From a virus, in IMG/VR virus record IMGVR_UViG_3300046010_015054, positions 64,001-128,000 of that record: a stretch of DNA of 64,000 bases, one strand, 5' to 3'. Positions 1 through 8,525 of the stretch are shown piece by piece. A program made the position numbers and the translations under genes. The first letter of the stretch is position 1, and every line of letters starts with the position of its first letter. The notes beneath the pieces are model-generated. The model searched no databases. It saw only the letters and a list, made by a program, of their open reading frames with translations, and had not been told where the DNA came from.

Positions 1-370
1 CAAGGAAAGCAGACCCTTCTGTTTCGATCGTGATGATGATTTGCCTTTCATTTGCAAAGTGAGTTAGTTCGTTTACGAGTTTTGGATGCATAGTTGGAGA
101 ACCTCCAGTTAACATCATCTCCTTAATTTCAGGATTTTGATCGTAAATGTTAATAATATCCTGGAAAGTGTATTTACCTTTTTCAGGGTGGATACTTGTG
201 TACCAAGAATCACACCATCCACCTTCACCAAAGTAGCAGCGGTGGGTGCAACCCGTAGTGCGGACTGCAACAGTAGGGCGACCTGCTCGGCTACCCTCTG
301 ATTGCACACAAGTGTATAATTCTACAATTGGTAGAATTTTATTGTAGTCTTCTATTCTTCCTAGTGACAT
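1..370 (-). CDS. queE: 7-carboxy-7-deazaguanine synthase QueE (radical SAM), 3' end truncated by the window edge
   Basis: Not in the ORF track; manual translation from ATG at 370 gives MSLGRIEDYNKILPIVELYTCVQSEGSRAGRPTVAVRTTGCTHRCYFGEGGWCDSWYT...MLTGGSP...ITIETEG, with QueE motifs Q-EG--G-P--R--GC, CD, TGG-P and IET; adjacent to queD. Confidence 0.9.
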   Translation of the reverse strand, partial: MSLGRIEDYNKILPIVELYTCVQSEGSRAGRPTVAVRTTGCTHRCYFGEGGWCDSWYTSIHPEKGKYTFQDIINIYDQNPEIKEMMLTGGSPTMHPKLVNELTHFANERQIIITIETEGSAFL

Positions 371-372
371 AA

Positions 373-837
373 TTATCCTTTATAAAATGCTGTGTTTTTC
401 TCGTGTTCACGAAATTCAACTTGAACTACTTTAACACGACCATCTGTTTCTTCTTGAATAAATGTATTTAATTTGTTGTAGAAGTACTCTGCAAAACGCT
501 CTGCTCCTGTAGCTGGAATAATTCGTAGTTGAATTAGACCTTCGGTGTACATGTTATGGAAGTAAGAAAGGTATGGATCATCATCTGCAATAATTGTAGT
601 ATGATCAAGCATATAATCCATCCATGCTTTAGGGTTCATACCATCGATAGTACCTTTAGCACGCTTCATACCTCCGAAGTCCCATACCCAGTTACGCTGG
701 TCAAGTTCACCTTCGAACCATACTTTTAAACTTACTCCATAGCCATGAAGGAATCTACAATGTGTTCCTTCAGCTTTCCATTGGCGGAATACTGTTGAGT
801 AGCCATCAAATACTTTTGTTGACCTAAAACTACTCAT
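373..837 (-). CDS. queD: 6-carboxy-5,6,7,8-tetrahydropterin synthase QueD (PTPS family)
   Basis: HCRFLHGY, WVWDFG, LDHTT, AERFAE and EHEKN motifs of the PTPS/QueD family; in the que cluster. Confidence 0.9.
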   Translation of the reverse strand: MSSFRSTKVFDGYSTVFRQWKAEGTHCRFLHGYGVSLKVWFEGELDQRNWVWDFGGMKRAKGTIDGMNPKAWMDYMLDHTTIIADDDPYLSYFHNMYTEGLIQLRIIPATGAERFAEYFYNKLNTFIQEETDGRVKVVQVEFREHEKNTAFYKG

Positions 838-1085
838 TATTGATTGTAAAATTTAATCACATCATTCAAAGAACGAGCTCCTATAAAACGTGCTTTTTCT
901 TGTCCGTCTTCAACTAAAATAACAGTTGGAACACTTTTAATACCATAAGTAGTTGAGGCATTAGGTTCATAATCAATATTAACTTTTTTTACATTTACAC
1001 CTGCATTTGTTACTTGATCCATAATAGGACCAAAAGATTGACATGGACCGCACCATGGGGCTGAAAAATACCAAAGTTGTTTCAT
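837..1085 (-). CDS. trxA: Thioredoxin
   Basis: WCGPC active site and SVPT cis-Pro motif; 82 aa. Confidence 0.93.
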   Translation of the reverse strand: MKQLWYFSAPWCGPCQSFGPIMDQVTNAGVNVKKVNIDYEPNASTTYGIKSVPTVILVEDGQEKARFIGARSLNDVIKFYNQ

Positions 1086-1228
1086 TTTTTGTTTAAAAAT
1101 TGATAGTTAATAAAAAGAAACATAAAAGCAGCCGCCGTTAACCAACGACTCTCTGATGCTTCAAAAAGTGAGCTTGTTAAAAAACTCCAATGTCCATATT
1201 TCAAAAACCAAGTTTCGAATTTTTTCAT
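1082..1228 (-). CDS. Small hydrophobic hypothetical protein (48 aa)
   Basis: Manual ORF MKKFETWFLKYGHWSFLTSSLFEASESRWLTAAAFMFLFINYQFLNKK; ATGA overlaps with both neighbours and fills the gap exactly. Confidence 0.7.
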   Translation of the reverse strand: MKKFETWFLKYGHWSFLTSSLFEASESRWLTAAAFMFLFINYQFLNKK

Positions 1229-1527
1229 ACTAATTCTTCTAATATACCTACTATTTCACTAAATATAAGAACAAGAGCAGCTGAGGTCAAGTCGAATGGG
1301 ATAAGAATATAACCAGTTATACGGATACTTGATTTAATAAAGCTCATAATTTTATGCCATTTTTGATTAGGCATATGTTTAAAATCTTTAATTTTAGTAT
1401 CTATTTTCACGTTTTTTGTACTTTTTATTTTTCCGTATAACTCAGGATTAATAATACTATCATCATGGTTATATTTATCGGATTTAAAATAGGTGCCTCT
1501 ACGAGCTTCTGTTATTCCATCACTCAT
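1225..1527 (-). CDS. Hypothetical membrane protein
   Basis: Likely start MSDGITEARRG at 1527, coupled to the queC stop; hydrophobic C-terminus. Confidence 0.65.
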   Translation of the reverse strand: MSDGITEARRGTYFKSDKYNHDDSIINPELYGKIKSTKNVKIDTKIKDFKHMPNQKWHKIMSFIKSSIRITGYILIPFDLTSAALVLIFSEIVGILEELV

Positions 1528-2398
1528 GATTAGATAGTACTTTAGATACTTCATTTATTACATGTTCCCAAGTTACAGGACCGGTCTCGTCAGCATACTC
1601 TGCGGGATCGGGGCGACCCAGCTTAATAAACGCTTCAACTCGTTCAACAGATGATGCTGATTTGTAATCACTAAACCATACTAGCTCAGTCCATCCAGGT
1701 TGCGTTTCAATAATATGTTGAAGTGGTTTATAAGAGGTATTAGTGCGTTTATAAACTTCATTAAAGTCAACTCCTAGATTAGCACACAATTTCTCTCCAT
1801 CTTGCAAAATAGTAAATTTATCACCTTCAAGATATGGAGTCCAATATGAAACTAATTCACTATCCCAGTTACCTACTCGAAAGGCGAGGTCATCAGCGTC
1901 ACGAAACTCTTGACGACAATCAGGATAAATAGCGTGATCACCTGCGTGAATACCTAAAGCAATAGAACATTCTTCTTTTTTTTCAGTAGCAATAGACAAA
2001 GCAATTGCCTGAGTAATTGAACTGAAAATCTTGTTTCGATTGGGTACTACTGTAGCTTTCATGTTTTCTTCAGCATAGTGACCTTCTGGTACCTCGGCAC
2101 CACCTGTTACTAGGGCTGAGTTAAGTAAATCAACTAAACCATCAAGTTTAATTACTCGGTAATTTACTAATGGATACGATTCTTCAAATCCATTTGGAGC
2201 ATGATCATGATGGAATACTCTAGTAGGATTATCATTAATATAATTTACCAGTGATTGGGCTCGATCAAGCTCTACTTTATGTTTTTGACCATAGTCAAAC
2301 GATACTGCTGTTACAGTATCAAATTCGCTTAGCGCTCTAAGCAATAGTGTTGAGGAATCCATTCCTCCAGATAACGAAACTACAACGTGTTTTGCCAT
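1520..2398 (-). CDS. queC: 7-cyano-7-deazaguanine synthase QueC
   Basis: SLSGGMDSST PP-loop, FDYGQKH, TVVPNRN, HAGDHAIYPDCR; the C-terminal Zn-cysteine cluster appears absent (TNTSY...SASSVER). Confidence 0.95.
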   Translation of the reverse strand: MAKHVVVSLSGGMDSSTLLLRALSEFDTVTAVSFDYGQKHKVELDRAQSLVNYINDNPTRVFHHDHAPNGFEESYPLVNYRVIKLDGLVDLLNSALVTGGAEVPEGHYAEENMKATVVPNRNKIFSSITQAIALSIATEKKEECSIALGIHAGDHAIYPDCRQEFRDADDLAFRVGNWDSELVSYWTPYLEGDKFTILQDGEKLCANLGVDFNEVYKRTNTSYKPLQHIIETQPGWTELVWFSDYKSASSVERVEAFIKLGRPDPAEYADETGPVTWEHVINEVSKVLSNHE

Positions 2399-2452
2399 GT
2401 TTTGTATAAATATTTAATTTGCCATGTATTGTAAGCGTATAGGCAAACGCTT

Positions 2453-3241
2453 TTACAAATCGTTAATTTCACGAAACTTTAAAATGTTATAAGATAAAAG
2501 CTCATAATCAACTTGATCAGACAACATAAAGAAATAATCGTTCATGTTTGCTTTTGGTTTTTCAATTAAACCCGCATTTGTGTAACGCATGCCTTCTAGA
2601 GCAGCCATTACTGGGTTTGAAGTATCAATTGATTCGATAAATTGAAATCCATTATACCATCCAAATTCTTGTGGTACTTGACATCCTAATAAATGTACTC
2701 GATCGTTATTTTCAATTACTTTAGTTTCATATAGAGCTGAGATAACAGATAAACGTCCAAGTGCTTTACCTAGGTTTTTATTAGCGTGAGGTACTACATC
2801 ATTATAGTAAGAAGCGCCATATGAAAATGCAATTTTCTTGTAACCTAGATCTTTGTAGGTTTGATAGCAAGTAGCAGCTTCGTGAATAGTAGTTGCTTGA
2901 ACTACTGCTACTTTTTCTACCCCCATAGGTAGTTTAACTTGAGCCCATTTACGAGCGTTTACTACTGATTTGTCTCGATCTTGCCAAACATCAGGTACAA
3001 TAAATTCATTAGGGCGAAGTACACTAATCCAGTGTAGCAAACGATCCTCATCATAAGCATGTCCTAGCTCATGAAGTGAATTATCCATAATAACATAGCG
3101 ACCTTGTGCTACTGATGTTAAAAAATAATCTTGATAGCCTTGCTCTTGATCGAGCAAGTGGGGGAGGCAATAATCATAATCATTAAATAAACGACTATCT
3201 TCTAATAGACATAACGGAGTTTCGTGACTAACTTTTATCAT
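2453..3241 (-). CDS. dpdA: Divergent tRNA-guanine transglycosylase-like protein, probable DpdA-family 7-deazaguanine insertion enzyme (DpdA3-like)
   Basis: TGT-like motif order VIMDNS...IVPDV...VAVVQ...IAFS...VHLLG...SIDTSNP; directly upstream of queC; ATG at 3241 follows a host-type promoter. Confidence 0.65.
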   Translation of the reverse strand: MIKVSHETPLCLLEDSRLFNDYDYCLPHLLDQEQGYQDYFLTSVAQGRYVIMDNSLHELGHAYDEDRLLHWISVLRPNEFIVPDVWQDRDKSVVNARKWAQVKLPMGVEKVAVVQATTIHEAATCYQTYKDLGYKKIAFSYGASYYNDVVPHANKNLGKALGRLSVISALYETKVIENNDRVHLLGCQVPQEFGWYNGFQFIESIDTSNPVMAALEGMRYTNAGLIEKPKANMNDYFFMLSDQVDYELLSYNILKFREINDL

Positions 3242-3258
3242 TAAGAATTTATTTATCT

Positions 3259-3289
3259 TGAATTTACAACCAATTTTAAAAAAAAGCAA
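3259..3289 (-). promoter_or_regulatory. Bacteroidota sigma70-type promoter (TTG-N20-TAAATTCA) upstream of the dpdA-que cluster
   Basis: Resembles the -33 TTTG / -7 TAnnTTTG consensus, with the same 20-nt spacer as three other sites. Confidence 0.5.
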
Positions 3290-3314
3290 GGGAAAATTAT
3301 AAAAATTTTCCCTT
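3288..3314 (-). terminator. Intrinsic terminator hairpin
   Basis: AAGGGAAAATT / AATTTTCCCTT inverted repeat followed by a T-run on the minus strand, after gene 3340-3855. Confidence 0.6.
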
Positions 3315-3339
3315 CTTTCTAAAATATTTTTTATTTCAA

Positions 3340-3855
3340 TTAAGAATCTGAACCTGGTCCTGTGCCTGGGCTTTGTCCTTGATACCCAGTTGGGTATTGA
3401 TAGTAATAACCACGGCTTTGTAAATTAGTTTTAGCAGATGCTGTATTAGCTATTTCAACTCCAGTTACAATTTCAGCTAAAGCAATAAATTCAGCATCAT
3501 TAGCAGCTTGATCTTCTTGTGCAATCCAACCCCAACATGAAACTGTTGAAATTCTACCATCTGGAGAAGTATTTGCAAATACATCATTTCCACCTACAAT
3601 AATACCATATCCCGTAGCTCCGTCAATACTAGGACTAGGCCACCAACCTTCTGCAGTGCCTGAGTTTGCAATATAGGGGCTGCTATTTTGAGTGGTGATA
3701 GTCATAGAATCATTAGCTAAATTTGATCGACCACCATCAACTAGTAGTCTACTAACAGATCCAGTAACTACAAAAGTTGATGCAGGACGGTTAAAAGTGC
3801 CATATTCTGAAGGAATTTGGTAAAATTGTCTAACTGCTAAAGTTGTTATTGCCAT
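3340..3855 (-). CDS. Hypothetical protein, possibly virion-associated
   Basis: G/S/T/A-rich, low-Lys composition like the structural proteins; preceded by a late-motif variant (ATATGTAT). Confidence 0.6.
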   Translation of the reverse strand: MAITTLAVRQFYQIPSEYGTFNRPASTFVVTGSVSRLLVDGGRSNLANDSMTITTQNSSPYIANSGTAEGWWPSPSIDGATGYGIIVGGNDVFANTSPDGRISTVSCWGWIAQEDQAANDAEFIALAEIVTGVEIANTASAKTNLQSRGYYYQYPTGYQGQSPGTGPGSDS

Positions 3856-3916
3856 TTTTATTTATGGTATTTTGTTATACAATAATACATATTAGGATTT
3901 TTTAAAAGAATAATTC

Positions 3917-4162
3917 TTATCCTAAAAATTTTGTTATTTTAAAATGAGGATCTTCTTTATAATAAAACCAAAAACAAGCATTCCTTTCACTACAACTTTT
4001 TAAAGCAATTAAAGGACCTTTGCTAGAGTAAAATTCAGACAAGTCGTTAACAACTCGCTCAATTTGCCAGATTTTTCCGTGAATAGAAGTTCTAGAGATA
4101 CCTTGTTCAGAGATACCTTTAACTTTAATTTTGGATCCTTTAATTAACTTTTTTTTGCTCAA
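3917..4162 (-). CDS. Hypothetical protein
   Basis: 81-aa ORF with ATGA overlap with the upstream gene. Confidence 0.6.
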   Translation of the reverse strand: MSKKKLIKGSKIKVKGISEQGISRTSIHGKIWQIERVVNDLSEFYSSKGPLIALKSCSERNACFWFYYKEDPHFKITKFLG

Positions 4163-4356
4163 TTTTCTAAATTAGATAATTCAGTTTCAATTTGTACTTT
4201 TCTCTCACTTAACTCTTGGAAATAATCCTCTACTTTAATTTGTTTAGGATTTGCGGGGTGGTATTGATAGGCTTCATCTAATAGGCTAGCTACAGATAAA
4301 AGCTCATCAATAAGTTGTGTTTTCTTTTTGTCCTGTTCAGTTAGAAAATTTTCCAT
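4159..4356 (-). CDS. Hypothetical coiled-coil protein
   Basis: 65-aa ORF downstream of a host-type promoter. Confidence 0.65.
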   Translation of the reverse strand: MENFLTEQDKKKTQLIDELLSVASLLDEAYQYHPANPKQIKVEDYFQELSERKVQIETELSNLEN

Positions 4357-4375
4357 TTGTTTATTTTATTTTTAA

Positions 4376-4406
4376 TAAATATACTAAACATACTAGTTGG
4401 GGGCAA
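4376..4406 (-). promoter_or_regulatory. Bacteroidota sigma70-type promoter (TTG-N20-TATATTTA)
   Basis: -33/-7 elements with a 20-nt spacer in the intergenic gap. Confidence 0.55.
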
Positions 4407-4419
4407 GTTAAGTAAAAAA

Positions 4420-5208
4420 TTATTCTTTTAATCTGTAAAATTTTAGATATTTAGCTTTTAAAGATAACCATGGTCCTTCTCCTATAGGCCCTCCTCCACT
4501 ATGATAAGTGCCACCATTTAACCACACTACCCTATTATTAGGTGTATACCCGTTTATAGTTTTATATACAACATAATTATTTACCTTATATAGAGTCTCG
4601 TGAGGATAAAATTCAGCGCTAAATTTAATGGGTTTATCCCACGTTTTTCCACTTACACCCAACCAACTTGGATTATCAAATTTCCATTTTTTAGAATCAT
4701 AAGCAGTTCCATAGTGAATATTCCCAGCCATTGTAGCTTCTTCTTTCCATGAGGGCCAAATAAACTCAAATATATCAAATTCGGGCATTGCTGCTAATTC
4801 ATCAGTCGTCCAAAATGCTGGGAATTGTCCCTTATACCTTGGGATTTCAACCAACGCCTCAATTTTCCCGAATGCTGGTAAAGTAGTTGCTTTTCTCGTT
4901 ATAATCGCTCCTGCAATATAAGGAGTTTCCGTATTATCACTTCCAGTATTTACTGAATTCCAAAATTCAATTCCTTCAGAGGTTAATTTAATATTATTCT
5001 CGTTAAACTTACACGAGTGTTTCTTATTTATTTTTTCACCCCAAGGTGGGGTAAAACGAAAATCTTTTTTTAACTCATCAAAAGTAGTTTTAGTAAAATC
5101 CCATTCTTTAACTAGCTCAAAATTCTCATTATTGTCTTGTTTTTTAAGTCCTAAAAATGATTGAATTTGAAAATTTATTGCTCGCAATCTATTATCTAGC
5201 GTTGCCAT
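4420..5208 (-). CDS. Glycoside hydrolase family 16-like protein
   Basis: GKIEA...GQFPAFWT...EFDIFE matches GH16 (W)PAFW plus the catalytic E-x-D-x-x-E. Confidence 0.75.
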   Translation of the reverse strand: MATLDNRLRAINFQIQSFLGLKKQDNNENFELVKEWDFTKTTFDELKKDFRFTPPWGEKINKKHSCKFNENNIKLTSEGIEFWNSVNTGSDNTETPYIAGAIITRKATTLPAFGKIEALVEIPRYKGQFPAFWTTDELAAMPEFDIFEFIWPSWKEEATMAGNIHYGTAYDSKKWKFDNPSWLGVSGKTWDKPIKFSAEFYPHETLYKVNNYVVYKTINGYTPNNRVVWLNGGTYHSGGGPIGEGPWLSLKAKYLKFYRLKE

Positions 5209-5223
5209 GTATTGTAAAATGTT

Positions 5224-5625
5224 TTAAATTTTTTTAATGTAGGGTCTTTGAGCCCAATATTTTTCGTCTCCATAATAAGTACAAATCTCTTCTCCTACTT
5301 GTATATCTCTTATAGCTATAAATTGAAAAATTTGACTATCTAATGGATTGTGTTGCCATTTAGCATTAGGTGTATCTGAATGATTGTATATACAGCCAAA
5401 TCCAAGAGGAAGAACTTGTAGTTGAGGGTTTTCTATTGGATAAGCAAAAGCATAATCCATAAAAGCTTCAGGGTGAGAGTTAGATAATTTAGTAGGTACT
5501 TCTAATAAAGGACATTCTTCAATAACTTCATTAAGATATATAGGTGAAGTAGCAAATACTCCCCAACCTTTTTGATAGGTTTTTCTTATTTCTAATTTAT
5601 AAGGTCGTTTTAGATTTGAAATCAT
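5224..5625 (-). CDS. SET-domain protein (lysine methyltransferase fold)
   Basis: KGWGVFA, YNHSDTPNA and AIRDIQVGEEICTYYG SET signature motifs. Confidence 0.9.
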   Translation of the reverse strand: MISNLKRPYKLEIRKTYQKGWGVFATSPIYLNEVIEECPLLEVPTKLSNSHPEAFMDYAFAYPIENPQLQVLPLGFGCIYNHSDTPNAKWQHNPLDSQIFQFIAIRDIQVGEEICTYYGDEKYWAQRPYIKKI

Positions 5626-5637
5626 TTTACAAATAAA

Positions 5638-6054
5638 TTATTCGTAGAAATAATAAACTTTTTTATGTGCTTCAACGTAAATACCCATTTTAAATTTATT
5701 ATCAATAGTATTTGCAATCATTAAAACAGGAATATTTAAAGTTTCATTGTAAGCATTCATTACAACCATTTTCATTCCTTCTCGCTCTTCAATTGTGGTT
5801 GATTTTACTCGGTAAGTAATATTACCTGAGGTTACAAATCCTTCTCCGTTTACTACATCTAATGTAATATCCCAAACAGCACTGGTTGCTGCTAAATCGT
5901 GATTATCAAAAAATATTGTTTTTTGTTCTACCTGACTCCAAATCATTTCGGAGGTAGACATATAGTTAGTAACTTTATGCCATTTTAGAATTTGTTGCCC
6001 AAATGAACTAAATGATACTAATAAAAAAATAAATAAAACTAATATTTTTTTCAT
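5638..6054 (-). CDS. Hypothetical exported protein
   Basis: Sec signal peptide MKKILVLFIFLLVSFSSFG|Q (Bacteroidota-style Q after cleavage). Confidence 0.65.
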   Translation of the reverse strand: MKKILVLFIFLLVSFSSFGQQILKWHKVTNYMSTSEMIWSQVEQKTIFFDNHDLAATSAVWDITLDVVNGEGFVTSGNITYRVKSTTIEEREGMKMVVMNAYNETLNIPVLMIANTIDNKFKMGIYVEAHKKVYYFYE

Positions 6055-6056
6055 AA

Positions 6057-7139
6057 CTAATATTTTATAGTCAAATCATCATCTGATTTATTAAATTTTT
6101 GTTTAATTTTTAATTCTCGGGGGCTGAGTTGGGGTTGGGTTTGGATATTTTCTTTATATTCATTTACAAGCTCAACTAAACTTTCAGTAGGTTCAGCTAA
6201 AGTAACTTTTTTTTCTTCAGAAACATCACTTTTAATATCTTCTAAAATAATTTCTTCAGGAAAAATCTCAGGTTCATTATTAGAAACTTCTTGTACTGGG
6301 GTAGGTTCTGGGGTGGTTTGTTTTTTAAACCAATTAAATAACTTCATATCATTTTTATTTTTAGAATTTTCAAAAGCAAAATTAGCTGCTATAACTAATG
6401 CAATTGCTAAAGGATCAAATACAAATATTATAATTAATAATAACCAATTTATGATCCTATCCATGGCAACGCCCGTTAAGTTAGAAAGAAATTTTAAAGG
6501 TCCTAATTCACTTGCGGCTTCACCATTAGTTTTAACTTCTAATATTTGAGTTTCTAAACTAAATATAGAATCATTAACTATATTTAATTTATTTGTTAAA
6601 GCATCATCCGATTTATTAGCAGATTCAATTTGTTTAATAGATGCATTATTAGATCTAACTACTAAATTACCATTCTTATCTGTATATTGAGTAGTTGAAC
6701 CTTTAGATAATGTACCTTTTAATTCAGCTAATGATTGTTTTTCTTGGATAATATTATTACGATTATCTTCGTATAATTCTTTTTTAGTTTCTAATACTTC
6801 TATTTGTTGAGTAACAAAACCATCTTTATTTGCTGTTTCTTGATATGCTGCTGATAAAAAACCATAAATACCCATAGAAGTAATTAAAACAAGGATAGTA
6901 GCAGCTATTGTTAAATAAATTTTTAACATTAAAGGTAAAGTTTTTCTATACTGATAAAGTAAAGAAACAATAATTAGTTTAGCTATTTCTAGAGAAGTTG
7001 CCATAATAATTACAGCCAAACTAGCACCTGCGAAAAGTTTACTAAGGCCGCTTACTGAATAGAAAGCGGCCGAAGCAGAAACTGATAGTGCAGAAAGCGC
7101 TATTAAAAATGGAAATATTTTATTCTGTAGATTTTTCAT
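6057..7139 (-). CDS. Membrane protein with central coiled coil (phage hypothetical)
   Basis: Three N-terminal TM helices, coiled coil, C-terminal TM (IIFVFDPLAIAL). Confidence 0.75.
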   Translation of the reverse strand: MKNLQNKIFPFLIALSALSVSASAAFYSVSGLSKLFAGASLAVIIMATSLEIAKLIIVSLLYQYRKTLPLMLKIYLTIAATILVLITSMGIYGFLSAAYQETANKDGFVTQQIEVLETKKELYEDNRNNIIQEKQSLAELKGTLSKGSTTQYTDKNGNLVVRSNNASIKQIESANKSDDALTNKLNIVNDSIFSLETQILEVKTNGEAASELGPLKFLSNLTGVAMDRIINWLLLIIIFVFDPLAIALVIAANFAFENSKNKNDMKLFNWFKKQTTPEPTPVQEVSNNEPEIFPEEIILEDIKSDVSEEKKVTLAEPTESLVELVNEYKENIQTQPQLSPRELKIKQKFNKSDDDLTIKY

Positions 7140-7563
7140 CTTTTTTTCTTATACCTTTATGTTGATCTATTTTATCAAGAATCTCATTTAATAAAGATGC
7201 CTTAATAAAACCAGCCATAGATGCATTTTTAAGTGCACTTATGATTTGAAATATCATAAAAGGTACTACGATTACTTCACTAAGCCAAGCTGTTCCAGTA
7301 AAACCTTGTTCTACCATCAGGATACCTGTTAGAATAACTAACCAAGCAAAGGTATTTCTTAATACTTGTAAAGCTTTACGAGTTTGAAATCCTTCTCTTC
7401 TAGCACCTGCAATCATTCCAAATATGCCATCTAGAAACATAACTCCCACTACGGCTAAATACTGATCAGAATTAGCCATAGTTAGCTTCATAAAATAAGA
7501 ACACATAAAGGTTACACCTGCTGATAACGAAGTAATAGCCAGTAGTGGAAGGTTAAGTTTCAT
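7120..7563 (-). CDS. Putative holin
   Basis: Multi-TM protein with the LD--G...K pattern and basic C-terminus; adjacent to the endolysin. Confidence 0.55.
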   Translation of the reverse strand: MKLNLPLLAITSLSAGVTFMCSYFMKLTMANSDQYLAVVGVMFLDGIFGMIAGARREGFQTRKALQVLRNTFAWLVILTGILMVEQGFTGTAWLSEVIVVPFMIFQIISALKNASMAGFIKASLLNEILDKIDQHKGIRKKDEKSTE

Positions 7564-7571
7564 TATTGTTA

Positions 7572-8039
7572 TTATTTGTAAGGTTCGTAAACAGTTTTAC
7601 CTGCAGAATTTCTTACTGCACGTAAAATTTGTTTTCTTTGAGGACCACCTTTTTTATAAGATACGTGAACCCAATCTGGTGCTGTTTTAGTACCAAATTC
7701 CCAAATTAACTGATCAAAGTTTAAGTTTTCTTTGATGTAATTAAAGATTTCAGCATTAGATGGACCTTTATGCCCGTCCATATCAATATCAATTGCTTCA
7801 CCTTTTGAGTGTTGTGAAGTAGCTGAACCACCTACTGCTTTATTTAAAGCATCACTTCTATATCCTGAAGATAAGAAGATAGGTACTCCATAATGTTCTC
7901 TAATAGGTTGGAAAATATTTTGAGCTAATTCTTTAGCTGCTTCTAAATGAACTCCCTTTGGAGTATTATCAATACCTTTTCTTTTTGCGGTATCTGATTT
8001 GCTAAATTCAGCGACTGAAAGATTTTCGGATAACATCAT
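7572..8039 (-). CDS. Peptidase M15A-family endolysin
   Basis: SSGYRS--LN--VGG---SQH--GEAIDI and WVHVS Zn-peptidase motifs. Confidence 0.88.
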   Translation of the reverse strand: MMLSENLSVAEFSKSDTAKRKGIDNTPKGVHLEAAKELAQNIFQPIREHYGVPIFLSSGYRSDALNKAVGGSATSQHSKGEAIDIDMDGHKGPSNAEIFNYIKENLNFDQLIWEFGTKTAPDWVHVSYKKGGPQRKQILRAVRNSAGKTVYEPYK

Positions 8040-8041
8040 GA

Positions 8042-8209
8042 TTATTCTTCGGTTTTAGGGGTTTCTTCTTGTTTTACTTCAGTATCACTATCAATTTTAT
8101 CAATAGTATCTACTTTTTCTTTTAAGTTACCTAGCTCATCAGCTAATGTTTCATCTAATTTTGTTTTACCTAGTAAAAATTTCAAAATTGCATTAAAAAT
8201 ATCTTTCAT
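8042..8209 (-). CDS. Small hypothetical protein (55 aa)
   Basis: Manual ORF MKDIFNAILKFLLGKTKLDETLADELGNLKEK...EETPKTEE; TAATG coupling with the upstream gene. Confidence 0.65.
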   Translation of the reverse strand: MKDIFNAILKFLLGKTKLDETLADELGNLKEKVDTIDKIDSDTEVKQEETPKTEE

Positions 8210-8466
8210 TATCCTATTTCTTCTTCGTTAGACTTATCTTTTTTATTACCACCAAAAATTTTACCTGCTTCAGCAATACCGAAAGCACCAAGAGTGATGA
8301 TTACAAAAGAGTTAAAGATTGTATCACTGATAACGAGTTCTTGACCCATAATACCAGTTGCGACGTCTGCAAGAGCTGCAATACTCATTACTGAGAATGA
8401 CATAAAGCCAACGATAGTTTTTTCGTTGAAATCATTCTTGTCTTTAAAAATGTCACTAAATGCCAT
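8209..8466 (-). CDS. Small two-TM membrane protein (holin/antiholin-like)
   Basis: Two hydrophobic helices and a charged C-terminus; in the lysis module. Confidence 0.55.
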   Translation of the reverse strand: MAFSDIFKDKNDFNEKTIVGFMSFSVMSIAALADVATGIMGQELVISDTIFNSFVIITLGAFGIAEAGKIFGGNKKDKSNEEEIG

Positions 8467-8525
8467 AATTTTAAATTTAAAAGTTAATTTAATACAACTA
8501 TTATATAAAACATTTATTATAAATA

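Noticed and set aside
115-309. 64-aa ORF in the track
   Set aside because: Out-of-frame overlap with the real queE frame (370 to the window edge)
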